Shown: positions 29,791-39,637 of the stretch, piece by piece
Layout: every line of letters begins with the position of its first letter
Position numbering within the stretch: the stretch's first letter is position 1
Source of the DNA: Lachnospiraceae bacterium
Lineage (GTDB): Bacteria > Bacillota > Clostridia > Lachnospirales > Lachnospiraceae
Direction: 5' to 3'
NCBI GenBank assembly: GCA_017963665.1
Contig: JAGCTJ010000148.1
Coordinates: 1-61,904 of the forward strand
DNA: 61,904 bases
Translations under genes and position numbers: made by a program
The notes under the pieces: model-generated
What the model was told of the DNA's origin: nothing
Database searches by the model: none
The model's input: only the letters and a program-made list of their open reading frames with translations

Positions 29791-30882
29791 CTAAAAGAAT
29801 TTGGATATATCGTTAAAAAGAACAAGCACCGTAATGGCAAGGAACATGATAAAGCCTATAACGTGCACTATGCCTTCGTACTTCGCCGGAACAGCCTTTC
29901 CTCTTACCACTTCGATGAGCAAAAATACAAGTCTTCCTCCGTCGATTGCGGGAAGGGGGAGCAGATTGATGACTCCTAAGTTCACCGATAACAACATCGC
30001 GATGTTCATCATCGTAAGTATGACACTCTCGATACCGTATTCTTTTGCCACTCCGTAGTTTTCACCGACTACCTGAGCTATTCCGACAGGTCCTGAGATC
30101 GCATCTCTGGAAAGTTTTCCCAGTACGAGCTGCTTTAAGCTTTTTAAGGTATTTCTGAAATTGAAAACAAGTTCGTACCAGCTGTATCTGAAGAGATTAA
30201 GTCCCTTGCATTCCATGAAGTCGGTACCGCCTTCGATACCTATGTAAAAACGGTTTTCCGCTTCCACGAACTGGGGAACAAGGCTTGTGTTCTTAAGTTC
30301 TCCCTCGTGTCTGTATACGATGTCCAGTGCTTCGCCGTCGTTAAGAATGCTGATCAAAGTGATGTCACGCCATACGTGGATCTTTTCGCCGTTGATGCTT
30401 ACGATAGTATCTCCCACACTCAGCCCCGCTGCCTCTGCCGGACGTCCCGGGGTAAGTCCCTGCACCGTAGGCAGATCTGTGCCCGCTCTTGATACGATTA
30501 TCATGGCAAAGATCATCGCAAGAATAAAGTTAAATACCGGTCCTGCGAGAACGGTGGATATACGTGCCCATACGTTGGCATTTCTGAAGGATCTCTCGTC
30601 GCCTCTTTTAATGCCTTCCTGTTCATCCCCTATGGCCTCAATGGCAACCTTGGGATCTGCCAGATCTTCAAGACCTTCGAATATGCATGCTCCCCCAAGA
30701 GGCAACGCCTTAAGGGCAAATACCGTTTCGCCTTTTTTGAACTTGAATATCGTAGGTCCCATTCCAACGTCAAACTCATTGACGCGGATACCGTTCGCTC
30801 TTGCTATTATGAAATGTCCGAATTCATGTGATATCACTATGACGGACAATATGATGATAAACCAGATCAGTGTTCCTAACAT
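29791..30882 (-). CDS. rseP: RIP metalloprotease RseP
   Basis: HEFGH, AGPVFN, PDZ domain, NLLPLPAIDGG. Confidence 0.95.
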   Translation of the reverse strand: MLGTLIWFIIILSVIVISHEFGHFIIARANGIRVNEFDVGMGPTIFKFKKGETVFALKALPLGGACIFEGLEDLADPKVAIEAIGDEQEGIKRGDERSFRNANVWARISTVLAGPVFNFILAMIFAMIIVSRAGTDLPTVQGLTPGRPAEAAGLSVGDTIVSINGEKIHVWRDITLISILNDGEALDIVYRHEGELKNTSLVPQFVEAENRFYIGIEGGTDFMECKGLNLFRYSWYELVFNFRNTLKSLKQLVLGKLSRDAISGPVGIAQVVGENYGVAKEYGIESVILTMMNIAMLLSVNLGVINLLPLPAIDGGRLVFLLIEVVRGKAVPAKYEGIVHVIGFIMFLAITVLVLFNDISKFF

Positions 30883-30897
30883 TTGTACACCCTGTAC

Positions 30898-32043
30898 CTA
30901 AAATCTTTTTTCAAGGAATTCGTCGCATTCCTTCTGTGTGGCAAGTATCTCTTCAAAAGAAGGATCTTTGATGAAGCTCACATCCGAAAGTGCCGCTTCG
31001 ATGATATCGTATATACCCGTAAAGCCTATCTTCTTATCAAGAAATCTCTTTACCGCAAACTCGTTTGCCGCATTGAACACGGTAGGAGCGTTTCCGCCTT
31101 TGTCTATTGCTTCGTACGCTAACTTAAGTCCTTTGAAAGTCTCTGTGTCGGGCTTATAGAATGTAAGCTTTTCAAGTTTAAAGAAATCTACCCTGTTGTC
31201 CTTCATGGGTCTTCTGTCGGGATAGAAAAGAGCATACTGTATGGGAAGCTTCATGTCCGGTATACCCATCTGGGCGATGACCGCTCCGTCCGTATACTGA
31301 ACCATGGAATGTACGATGCTCTCGGGATGGATGAGAACCGTTATATCCTTGGCAGAAACATCAAAGAGCCATTTGGCTTCAATGACTTCAAGCCCTTTGT
31401 TTACAAGTGAAGCAGAATCGATGGTCACTTTTTTGCCCATACTCCAGTTGGGATGCTTAAGTGCCTGCTCTACACTCATATCCTTTAACTCTTCGTATGA
31501 CTTTCCTCTGAAAGGACCGCCGGAAGCGGTAAGAAGTATCTTGTCAAGACGCTCTCTTCTCTCTCCGTTAAGAGACTGGAATATGGCGCTGTGCTCCGAA
31601 TCAACGGGAAGTATGGAGACACCTTTTTCTTTTGCGAGCTTCATGATGATATGACCTGCGCAGACAAGGGTCTCTTTATTGGCAAGGGCTATGGTCTTTC
31701 CCGCATTTATGGCATCTATGGTGGGTTTTATGCCTATCATTCCCACAAGTGCGGTAACGACGATATCTGCTTCTTTTAAAGAAACGGCCTCGGATAAGCC
31801 CTCCATGCCCGAAAGAACTTTAATGTCCGTATCCTTTAAGCGTTCCTTTAATTCAGCAGCAGCTTTTTCTTCGTACATTACACACAAAGAAGGCTTAAAC
31901 TCTCTTGCCTGCTCTTCCATGAGTTTTACGTTTGAACAGGCCGCAAGTGCGCTTACGCTTAAACCTTCGTTGTTCTTTACTATTTCAAGTGTCTGGGTTC
32001 CGATGGATCCTGTGGAACCGAGTATTACAAGTTTCTTGTCCAT
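30898..32043 (-). CDS. dxr: 1-deoxy-D-xylulose-5-phosphate reductoisomerase
   Basis: LGSTGSIGTQ, LANKE, PVDSEHSA, HPNWSMG. Confidence 0.97.
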   Translation of the reverse strand: MDKKLVILGSTGSIGTQTLEIVKNNEGLSVSALAACSNVKLMEEQAREFKPSLCVMYEEKAAAELKERLKDTDIKVLSGMEGLSEAVSLKEADIVVTALVGMIGIKPTIDAINAGKTIALANKETLVCAGHIIMKLAKEKGVSILPVDSEHSAIFQSLNGERRERLDKILLTASGGPFRGKSYEELKDMSVEQALKHPNWSMGKKVTIDSASLVNKGLEVIEAKWLFDVSAKDITVLIHPESIVHSMVQYTDGAVIAQMGIPDMKLPIQYALFYPDRRPMKDNRVDFFKLEKLTFYKPDTETFKGLKLAYEAIDKGGNAPTVFNAANEFAVKRFLDKKIGFTGIYDIIEAALSDVSFIKDPSFEEILATQKECDEFLEKRF

Positions 32044-32052
32044 ATAACTCCG

Positions 32053-32895
32053 TTACAGTAATCCCAACATCAAAGCCGCCAAAAAGAATGTCAGCGGTGC
32101 GGTTATTATCATGCTGTCGAATCTGTCCATGATACCGCCGTGTCCGGGGATGAGATGTCCGTAATCTTTAATGTCTTTGTTTCTTTTAATGGCTGACGCC
32201 GCAAGATCGCCCAGCATGGCAACAAAACCGCCCACTGCACCCACTGCGGCAAGCTTTATTTCAACGTTCGTAAAGTCTGCGGGAAGAAATCTCACAAGTA
32301 CGAAGTGTGCGTAAAGCCAAGCCAAAAGTGCGGCACCCAACACTCCGCCGATGGCGCCTTCTATAGACTTCTTGGGGCTTAACTTAGGAGTCATCTTGTG
32401 ATTTCCGATGGTTTTACCCGTTAACATGCCGACACAGTAAGCGAGGGTATCGCTTCCCCACGCGCTTATGTATATGATCCAGACGATGTATTTGCCGTAT
32501 TCCAGTTCTCTTGTATGGTAAAGAAACGATAACATTATCGGGGCATAAAGAAACGAGAATATGGCCGCAGAGATCGTCTCGAAATCGTATTTTGGATACG
32601 AGAAAACGTAAATGAACAAAAATCCGATGATTGTAAGGATCACGCACATGATCGGAAGATATACGTTATCGGATAAAGCGATGGTGGTATAGTACGAAGC
32701 TATCGCAACGTATCCGAATATCATCAGTACGTTTTGTTTCTTTCCTTCAAAAAGCTTAAGAGCTCTTCCCATCTCGTAATAGGCAACACAGGAAATGAAG
32801 GTAAGAAGTCCCGCAAGATATTTACCGCCAAGATATATAAATACGAAGGAAACGGCCACCAGCATAATGCCGCTTAAAAGTCTTTTAAAAAACAT
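32053..32895 (-). CDS. cdsA: Phosphatidate cytidylyltransferase
   Basis: SPKKSIEG, GDLAASAIKR, KDYGHLIPGHGGIMDRFDS; start trimmed to ATG 32895. Confidence 0.95.
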   Translation of the reverse strand: MFFKRLLSGIMLVAVSFVFIYLGGKYLAGLLTFISCVAYYEMGRALKLFEGKKQNVLMIFGYVAIASYYTTIALSDNVYLPIMCVILTIIGFLFIYVFSYPKYDFETISAAIFSFLYAPIMLSFLYHTRELEYGKYIVWIIYISAWGSDTLAYCVGMLTGKTIGNHKMTPKLSPKKSIEGAIGGVLGAALLAWLYAHFVLVRFLPADFTNVEIKLAAVGAVGGFVAMLGDLAASAIKRNKDIKDYGHLIPGHGGIMDRFDSMIITAPLTFFLAALMLGLL

Positions 32896-32902
32896 GGTAT
32901 GT

Positions 32903-33610
32903 CTATTCCTCTTTGATATTTCCGAATTTCCTGTTACGTTTGCCATACTCTTCTATCGCCTTTTCCAAAGCCTTCTTGTCAAAGTCCGGCCATGCGATAT
33001 CGGTAACGTATATTTCGGAGTAGGATATCTGCCAAAGTAAGAAATTCGATATCCTCTTTTCGCTGCATGTACGGATCAGAAGGTCGGGATCGGGAAGTCC
33101 CGCCGTGTCAAGATTGTCGGCGATCATCTCTTCGGTGATGTCCGAAGGCTCGATCTTTCCTTCCTTAACGTTTTCTGCGATCTTTCTTACGGCTCTTGTG
33201 ATCTCGTCTCTGGAACCGTAATTTATCGCTATGGTAAAGAAAAGCCCGGTATTGTTCTTTGTACCTTCTTCAAGCCTTTCTATGCTTTCTCTTATATCGT
33301 CATCAAGGCGGGATTTCTCGCCGATGACTCTTACGCACATATTGTTCTTGCTCGCTCTTTGAAGACAGTTCTTCATGTAGTTACGAAGAAGCTTCATTAA
33401 CGCATCTACTTCGTCCTTGGGACGTGACCAGTTTTCCGTGGAAAAAGCATACACCGTAAGATATTTAACACCTAAGTTGTATGCGTCCTCACAAATATCC
33501 TCAACGGCTTTCGCGCCCTGGATATGGCCGTAGTTTCTCGGCATTCCGTGAGCTTTCGCCCAGCGTCCGTTTCCGTCAAGTATTATCGCAACATGTTTTG
33601 GTACATTCAT
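32903..33610 (-). CDS. uppS: Undecaprenyl diphosphate synthase
   Basis: HVAIILDGNGRWA, FSTENW, PDPDLLIRT, RISNFLLWQ. Confidence 0.97.
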   Translation of the reverse strand: MNVPKHVAIILDGNGRWAKAHGMPRNYGHIQGAKAVEDICEDAYNLGVKYLTVYAFSTENWSRPKDEVDALMKLLRNYMKNCLQRASKNNMCVRVIGEKSRLDDDIRESIERLEEGTKNNTGLFFTIAINYGSRDEITRAVRKIAENVKEGKIEPSDITEEMIADNLDTAGLPDPDLLIRTCSEKRISNFLLWQISYSEIYVTDIAWPDFDKKALEKAIEEYGKRNRKFGNIKEE

Positions 33611-33640
33611 TTATCTTTAAACTCTCCATGATACACACAA

Positions 33641-33665
33641 AGGGCAGGATTGGGTACCTGCCCTT
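33641..33665 (-). terminator. Hairpin after frr (terminator or stabiliser)
   Basis: AAGGGCAGG/CCTGCCCTT inverted repeat; short T tract. Confidence 0.6.
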
Positions 33666-33670
33666 TAATC

Positions 33671-34222
33671 TTATACTTTTAAGATATCCTGTGCCTTTTC
33701 TTCAACGGCCTTGTCAATATCCTTTACGAATTTGTCCGTAGCCTTCTGAAGTTCATCCTCAAGATCCTTGATCTCGTCTTCGCTTATTTCGGTCTTTGAA
33801 AGCTTCTTGAATGCTTCGTTGCCGTCACGACGGATGTTTCTGATGGCTATCTTGCAATCTTCGCCTTTCTTTCTGACCTCTTTAACGAGATCCTTACGTC
33901 TTTCCTCGGTAAGTTCGGGGAACACGAGTCTGATAACGGAACCGTCGTTTGAAGGTGTGATACCTACATCGGATGCAAGTATTGCCTTCTCGATATCCTT
34001 GATGAGTGATTTCTCCCAAGGAGCTATCTGAATGATTCTGGGTTCGGGAACGGTGATGTTGCCCACCTGCTGAATGGGAGTGGGGGTTCCGTAATAATCC
34101 ACTCTCAATTTATCGAGTACATGGGGATTGGCACGTCCGGCACGAATGGACTGAAGTTCCGTCTCCATATATTCGAATGCTTTTACCATCTTATCGTTAT
34201 ATTGTGATACTCTGGCATCCAT
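33671..34222 (-). CDS. frr: Ribosome recycling factor
   Basis: IRAGRANP, VDYYG, PELTEERRK, IRNIRR. Confidence 0.97.
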   Translation of the reverse strand: MDARVSQYNDKMVKAFEYMETELQSIRAGRANPHVLDKLRVDYYGTPTPIQQVGNITVPEPRIIQIAPWEKSLIKDIEKAILASDVGITPSNDGSVIRLVFPELTEERRKDLVKEVRKKGEDCKIAIRNIRRDGNEAFKKLSKTEISEDEIKDLEDELQKATDKFVKDIDKAVEEKAQDILKV

Positions 34223-34251
34223 AAAAATGATTATCCTCCCAATACTGTTAT

Positions 34252-34941
34252 TTACGCCGTTACGCGTGTACCGTTAAACTTGTTGCCAAGTGTGTTTACG
34301 ATACTGTTTTCTTCATTAAGGTCAAATACCATAAAAGGCAGTTTGTTCTCAAGTGCCAGTGCACTTGCCGCCGTATCCACAACCTTTAAGTTTCTCTTTA
34401 CCACCTCTTCAAGTGAGATCTCGGAAAACTTCTTGGCGTTGGGATTCTTTGCGGGATCGTCGTCATATACGCCGTCTATGGATTTGGCAAGAAGAACACT
34501 CTCCGCCTCAATCTGAAGAGCGAATAAAACGGTTCCCATATCGGTCGAGAAATAAGGATGTCCCGTACCGCCTGCAAGGAAAACAACCTTTCCCGCTTTA
34601 AGACTCTTAACGGCTTCTTCCTTGGAATACAAAGAAGTGAAAGTTCCGCATGTGAAGGGTGTGAACACTTCCGTATCTATTCCTTCGGTCTTGAACACTT
34701 CCGATACGAACATACAGTTCATAACGGTTGCAAGCATGCCGATCTGATCGGCTTTTACTCTGTCCATGTCACCCGAGGTACGACCTCTCCAGAAGTTACC
34801 TCCGCCTATGACAATGGCGATCTCGTTGTCTTTGATGACCTGTTTGATCTGTGCGGCAACTTTTCTGACGGTAGGCTCGTCAAAGCCCGTTTTCTTTTCT
34901 CCCGCCAAAGCTTCACCGCTTAATTTAAGCAATATACGCAT
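34252..34941 (-). CDS. pyrH: UMP kinase
   Basis: LLKLSGEAL, GGGNFWRG, GTGHPYFSTD. Confidence 0.97.
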   Translation of the reverse strand: MRILLKLSGEALAGEKKTGFDEPTVRKVAAQIKQVIKDNEIAIVIGGGNFWRGRTSGDMDRVKADQIGMLATVMNCMFVSEVFKTEGIDTEVFTPFTCGTFTSLYSKEEAVKSLKAGKVVFLAGGTGHPYFSTDMGTVLFALQIEAESVLLAKSIDGVYDDDPAKNPNAKKFSEISLEEVVKRNLKVVDTAASALALENKLPFMVFDLNEENSIVNTLGNKFNGTRVTA

Positions 34942-34962
34942 TGTGATCCGCCTTTATTATGA

Positions 34963-35709
34963 TTATTTGCTCTTTTTCTTGAATTCGTCAAAGAATGTGG
35001 TAGGTGATACGTCTGCGTAGCACTGTGAGCAAACACCTTCGATAACCGCACCGTTGTTGATCTGAACGGATTTGGATTTGATGTTACCCATTACAATGGC
35101 CGTAGTATCCAAAACTACGGGACCCTTTACGTCGATGTCACCCTTTACGGCGCCTGCGATAACTGCGCTTGTAGCAAAAATGTTACCGATGATAACGGAG
35201 CTCTGTCCTATCTTCACCGAACCCTGGCTGTTCACTTCACCCGTGATCTTTGCGCCTTCCGCGTAGATTTCCGAAGCCTTTGAATCGCCTTCTACGGTTC
35301 CCACGATGTTAAGTTTTCCGTTGATTGTGATGTTACCGGAGATGGATCCCAGTACTTCCAAAGAGCCTGTGGATGAAAGATCACCCTTTATAACCATGCC
35401 GCCCGTGATAACTGCGGTTTCGTCCGTAGCCTTACCCGTGTTCTTGGGAACTTCATAAAAGCTTGCCTTGGGTGCGGGTGCGGGTGCAGGTGCGGGAGCG
35501 GGAGCGGGTTCAACTTTTTCTTCTTCCTGTTCCTTGTCAAGATTGTCAAGTAAAGCATCAAGGTCGAGACTGTCTACCGCTTCCTCGGTAAGGGTTTCAG
35601 CTCCTTCGGTTACCTCTTCTACAGCTTCCGCAGTATTTTCGGTTTCCTCCGGTACCATCTCGTTAACAGCCTGAGAAATGTCTTCTTTTAAATCAGTAAA
35701 AAAGCCCAT
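34963..35709 (-). CDS. Bactofilin (polymer-forming cytoskeletal protein)
   Basis: MGFF N-terminus, acidic and (PA)n linker, then a long beta-helix of x-I/V-x-G-D/N-I repeats ending GAVIEG. Confidence 0.88.
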   Translation of the reverse strand: MGFFTDLKEDISQAVNEMVPEETENTAEAVEEVTEGAETLTEEAVDSLDLDALLDNLDKEQEEEKVEPAPAPAPAPAPAPKASFYEVPKNTGKATDETAVITGGMVIKGDLSSTGSLEVLGSISGNITINGKLNIVGTVEGDSKASEIYAEGAKITGEVNSQGSVKIGQSSVIIGNIFATSAVIAGAVKGDIDVKGPVVLDTTAIVMGNIKSKSVQINNGAVIEGVCSQCYADVSPTTFFDEFKKKSK

Positions 35710-35734
35710 GTCCTGTTTCTCCTTTGTATTTATG

Positions 35735-36691
35735 TTATTTATCCACCGATATATGATGAATCGGATTGGTTTCGCCTGTTATGGGGAGCATCACCGTATC
35801 ATCCATGCTCTGAATATGCTCGATGATCTCGGGAAGTGCTTCCACAGTGGATACCTTTGAAGCCGTATCGTGAAACAAGATCATTGCTTCCGAAAAGTAT
35901 TCAAGGTTTCCCGTTGCATTACTTACTATCCTTGACTTTGAAAGAATCGGTGAAGTCGCATCACCTGAAGATACGTTCCAGTCAAAATACTCTATTCCTT
36001 CGCTCTCAAGCAGCCCCGCAAACTTTCTCATATCCACGGTGCTCACCTTGTTTGAACTTCCGCCGGGGAATCTGTATATGTTTGACTCCACTCCCGTAAC
36101 GAGATAGAGGAAATCTCTTATCCTCTTGGTATCTTCCATGAATGAATCCTCATCTTTGTAAAGTTCGGAATAAACATGTGTGCACGAATGCATCCCTAAC
36201 GAATGTCCTTCGTCGACTATACGCCTGTAAAGTTCTTCGTACTCACGTCCTTCACGTCTTATCACAAAGAATGTGGCCTTCACGTCATACTCTTTTAATA
36301 TATCAAGAATCGCTTCCGTGTTGGAGCTTGGTCCGTCGTCAAAAGTAAGATAGACCTTCCTGTAACCGTCATAGAGTTCTTCATCGCTTAAGGAAAGGGC
36401 TTCGATCTCCTCTTTTGTCATCTCTTCGACATTGTACTTGGGGCCTTGAAGCACCACGACCTCAGGCTCTTTTTCTTTTTCCAAAGTGTCGTAGGAAGTC
36501 GAGAGCATTTCCATCTGCTCAAGATACTGATTTAACAGTTCTTCTTTCCTGGTGTTTTCTTTTGACAGCTTTTTATTCTTTACGGCAATGACCGTAACTA
36601 TTATCCACGGAAAAATGATAAGGAAAAGGAGAAGTATCTTAATCTCCTTCTTAAGGCGCTTTATACGCCTTGCGCGCTTATCGTTATCCAT
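35735..36691 (-). CDS. Membrane-anchored NodB/CE4 polysaccharide deacetylase
   Basis: Basic N-tail, one TM helix, coiled coil; TFDDGP, HSCTH, RFPGG, DW, LFHD motifs. ATG 36691 chosen (TTG 36709 is an alternative). Confidence 0.9.
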   Translation of the reverse strand: MDNDKRARRIKRLKKEIKILLLFLIIFPWIIVTVIAVKNKKLSKENTRKEELLNQYLEQMEMLSTSYDTLEKEKEPEVVVLQGPKYNVEEMTKEEIEALSLSDEELYDGYRKVYLTFDDGPSSNTEAILDILKEYDVKATFFVIRREGREYEELYRRIVDEGHSLGMHSCTHVYSELYKDEDSFMEDTKRIRDFLYLVTGVESNIYRFPGGSSNKVSTVDMRKFAGLLESEGIEYFDWNVSSGDATSPILSKSRIVSNATGNLEYFSEAMILFHDTASKVSTVEALPEIIEHIQSMDDTVMLPITGETNPIHHISVDK

Positions 36692-36728
36692 TTTATCATA
36701 TACTCCCAAAAATTTAAACGGTAATTCA

Positions 36729-39011
36729 TTAACCTCTTTTGACCGCTTTTAAAACAACCACGCCGCCGGGGCTTATGAGTGATTCCCGGTCACCGTTTTC
36801 AAAAGAGAATCCGTCGGGGCAGACTATCCTCATGGTGTTTTTGCCCTGATTTTCAAGATGTGCGATTATGTAATCGCCGTTCTTTTCAAGTCTTATGACA
36901 TGCATGCAGCCGCGGCCTCTTAAGCCCTCAACACACATGTGCTCAAACTTGTCGCACAAAATCGGGAATAAGAATATCCTTTCGGTGTCCGAATACATAA
37001 ATGCTTCGAATACCGCGCCCGTGATGCCCGTGTTTGCGTCCATCTGGAAAAGACTGTATTCGTTATGAGTGGTAAAGAGGTTGTTAAGGGTAAACACTCT
37101 TATGAGTCTGTTAAGCGCTTTAAACCAAAGGTCTGCATCGTTAAGTCTTGCGGAAATGTTTGCAAGATGGGCAAGTCCCCATCCGGATATCGCATCCACA
37201 CCGTCTATGAGCCTGAGTTTTGCAGCCCTGTGACATGCTTTCTTAAGATCTTCGTTACCCGCATCCATCGCTTCATGTCCCGGGAATACGGGATAAAGGT
37301 GAGACGAATGTCTGTGATGGTAATCGTCTTTTAGCTCCTTCGGTATCCACTCTTTTATGGCACCGTCTTCGTTTATTGCATAATCGGGGAAAGTGTTTAA
37401 CTCTTCTTTCCACTTATCGATGTTTTCTTCTTCGATCCCCAACGTCTCGCAGGCGTTGATAAGGTTTGTGTAAACTTCCTTTGCGATGGCCACGTCCATG
37501 GTGGCATTGACTGCCGTGGGGGAGTTGTGGCCAAGAGGCGTGTTCTCGGGTGAATAAGAAGGCGCAAATACGTAATGTCCGGTGCTGTCCTTTACAAGGA
37601 AGCCTTCGTAGAATTTAACGACTTCTTTCCAATATCTGACACCTCTTGCAAGGATGTTCTTATCCCCGGTGAACTCATAGAAATCTTCGTAAACGGAACT
37701 GAGCCATCCCGAACCTGCCGTCCAGAATGCCATGGGGAATGCATGGGCGAAATGTCTGTGTATGCCGTCCGCGGTCGATACTCTCGAAGCGCACAAAAAG
37801 CCGTCAACGCCGTAAATAACCTTCGCATTTTCCCTAAAGTCGTCGTTGTACATTTCAAGCCAGTCGAAATACACCCGTGCGAACTCCGGCAAAGCACCCG
37901 GAAGCACCTGCCACATCATCATCTGGATATTTTCATCCAGAGTGTAATCCGAACTCCAGGGCGGATTTGCATCTCCGTTAAACACGCCCTGAAGGTTGGG
38001 AGGAAACTTTCCGAAACTTACGATATCAAGATATCTGCCGTAATCGCTCATCCTCTCAAGAAGTTCGCTCGTAAGCTCGCCGTCGCGGCTTTCTTTTAAT
38101 AGATCCTCGTTTAAAAGTTCTTCGTCACATTCGCTTAAAGTAACTTTTACTCTTTCAAACAGTTCTTTGTGGATCGTTGTATGCTCTTTAAACAAAACAT
38201 CATAAACGGGAACGATGCTTTCAAGTTCTCTGACCGCTTTAACTTTTGCGGCCTCAAAACTCTTTTTCCAAGGTGAAAGGGTATAAAGAACAATGACCTC
38301 TTTTCCGCCTTTTACGCAGATGCCGTTTGCGATCTCTTCTATGGACGTTTCGGGAGCGTTTTCGCTTAAAACCTTAAGAGCTGAAACGTATCCGCTTTCC
38401 TCTTCGCTGTGATCCGACCTTGTAATTATCATATTGCCGTCGACACTGTGCGTAACTTCCGAAACATCGTGAATATTCTCGTTTGTGCCGGTACTTATGT
38501 TTAAAGTGATGGGTTTTTCCGCTTCGATCTTCATCACAAAAACGTTTCTCGTACGTGATGCGAAGCAGTTTCTTTGTACCTTGTTACCGTCAACGGTAAA
38601 ACTCGTTACAAGTTCGCCGTTGGTGAAATCAAGACGTGAAACATAATCCGAGACGTCTTTTGCATCCGGAATATCCAAGTATATTTCCGTGGCAGTCTCG
38701 AAAGGATTGGTCCAGATGCAGGTGTCGTAAGGATATCCGTCCTTTTCTGCTTCTCTTAAGAAGCGCTCCGTGGCTTCATAATACTTCCCCGCAAACAAAA
38801 GCTCTCTCACTTCATCGATACAACCCGCGGTCTTAAAAGGACGCACATCGTTATTCACGGGAAGGGGAACGAATAGTTCCTCGTGGGAAGTCGCGATCTT
38901 TTCATGAAGGGGATTGCCGAATACAAGACATCCTATCGTACCGTTTCCAACAGGAAAAGCCTCGTCCCATTTTTCTGCGTATTTCTTACTCTTTAATCCT
39001 TTAAATCTCAC
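36729..39011 (-). CDS. GH95 family glycoside hydrolase (alpha-L-fucosidase/L-galactosidase-like)
   Basis: AFPVGNG, PPNLQG, WSSDYTLDENIQM, HRHSSHL, FQMDANTG; no signal peptide. Confidence 0.88.
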   Translation of the reverse strand: MRFKGLKSKKYAEKWDEAFPVGNGTIGCLVFGNPLHEKIATSHEELFVPLPVNNDVRPFKTAGCIDEVRELLFAGKYYEATERFLREAEKDGYPYDTCIWTNPFETATEIYLDIPDAKDVSDYVSRLDFTNGELVTSFTVDGNKVQRNCFASRTRNVFVMKIEAEKPITLNISTGTNENIHDVSEVTHSVDGNMIITRSDHSEEESGYVSALKVLSENAPETSIEEIANGICVKGGKEVIVLYTLSPWKKSFEAAKVKAVRELESIVPVYDVLFKEHTTIHKELFERVKVTLSECDEELLNEDLLKESRDGELTSELLERMSDYGRYLDIVSFGKFPPNLQGVFNGDANPPWSSDYTLDENIQMMMWQVLPGALPEFARVYFDWLEMYNDDFRENAKVIYGVDGFLCASRVSTADGIHRHFAHAFPMAFWTAGSGWLSSVYEDFYEFTGDKNILARGVRYWKEVVKFYEGFLVKDSTGHYVFAPSYSPENTPLGHNSPTAVNATMDVAIAKEVYTNLINACETLGIEEENIDKWKEELNTFPDYAINEDGAIKEWIPKELKDDYHHRHSSHLYPVFPGHEAMDAGNEDLKKACHRAAKLRLIDGVDAISGWGLAHLANISARLNDADLWFKALNRLIRVFTLNNLFTTHNEYSLFQMDANTGITGAVFEAFMYSDTERIFLFPILCDKFEHMCVEGLRGRGCMHVIRLEKNGDYIIAHLENQGKNTMRIVCPDGFSFENGDRESLISPGGVVVLKAVKRG

Positions 39012-39031
39012 GTCGATTCTCCAAATCCGGT

Positions 39032-39298
39032 TTATTTTTCTTTGTTCTGAAGTCTTTTTGAAAGATCAAATATCGTCTTGTAAAGATCGTCTATGTCATC
39101 CTTGAATCTGTCATCCGTACGCGCTTTCAGTCTGTCGATGACTTCCTGCTCACGATTGGAAGCAACAACCGGAATATTATTATCCTTCTTATACTTTCCG
39201 ATCTTTAAGACCGTTTCCTGACGCCTGCCAAAAAGATCGACCAGCGCATTGTCTATCTCATCGATCTCTTCTCTTAATTTTCCTAATGTATCGTCCAT
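39032..39298 (-). CDS. Chorismate mutase type II (AroQ-like), standalone
   Basis: LREEIDEIDNALVDL, IGKYK, REQEVI, SKRLQ; ATG 39298 follows AGGTGG. Confidence 0.88.
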   Translation of the reverse strand: MDDTLGKLREEIDEIDNALVDLFGRRQETVLKIGKYKKDNNIPVVASNREQEVIDRLKARTDDRFKDDIDDLYKTIFDLSKRLQNKEK

Positions 39299-39434
39299 TA
39301 TTACCACCTGATCCATCATGTTTAGTCGTATCTTTTATTATATCAAATACCATTGCTTTTGCACCATAATTATTGCTATTTTTCATGATCGCAACCCATC
39401 CGATTCGGTTGCAAATATCAGTTCTGTCTCGATC

Positions 39435-39584
39435 CGGCCCGGATGCAAAAATCAGCCCCCGGACACGCTCCCGCTTAGGTTTTGCTTCGTAGCGGATGCT
39501 AAACTCACACTTCGCTTACACTCGTGTTCGTTAAGCACCGACGGCAAAACATAGTCCGGGGATCTGAAATTTGCATTCGGGCCG
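39435..39584. repeat. About 150-nt palindromic REP/MITE-like element
   Basis: Arms CGGCCCGGATGCAAAAATCAGCCCCCGGAC and GTCCGGGGATCTGAAATTTGCATTCGGGCCG; inner stems GTTTTGC/GCAAAAC and CGGATGCT/AGCACCG. Confidence 0.75.
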
Positions 39585-39637
39585 AGGTTAACATTTCGGA
39601 TATTTATCTCTTGATAAAGTTATGATAGATTAATTGT

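Noticed and set aside
35468-35510. GGGTGC/GGGAGC hexamer repeat as a phase-variation tract
   Set aside because: The unit is a multiple of three and encodes a (PA)n linker, so slippage would not shift the frame.
39435-39584. Riboswitch (for example c-di-GMP-I) upstream of the glycosyltransferase
   Set aside because: GGCAAA is present but the other consensus elements are not; the fold is one long hairpin.
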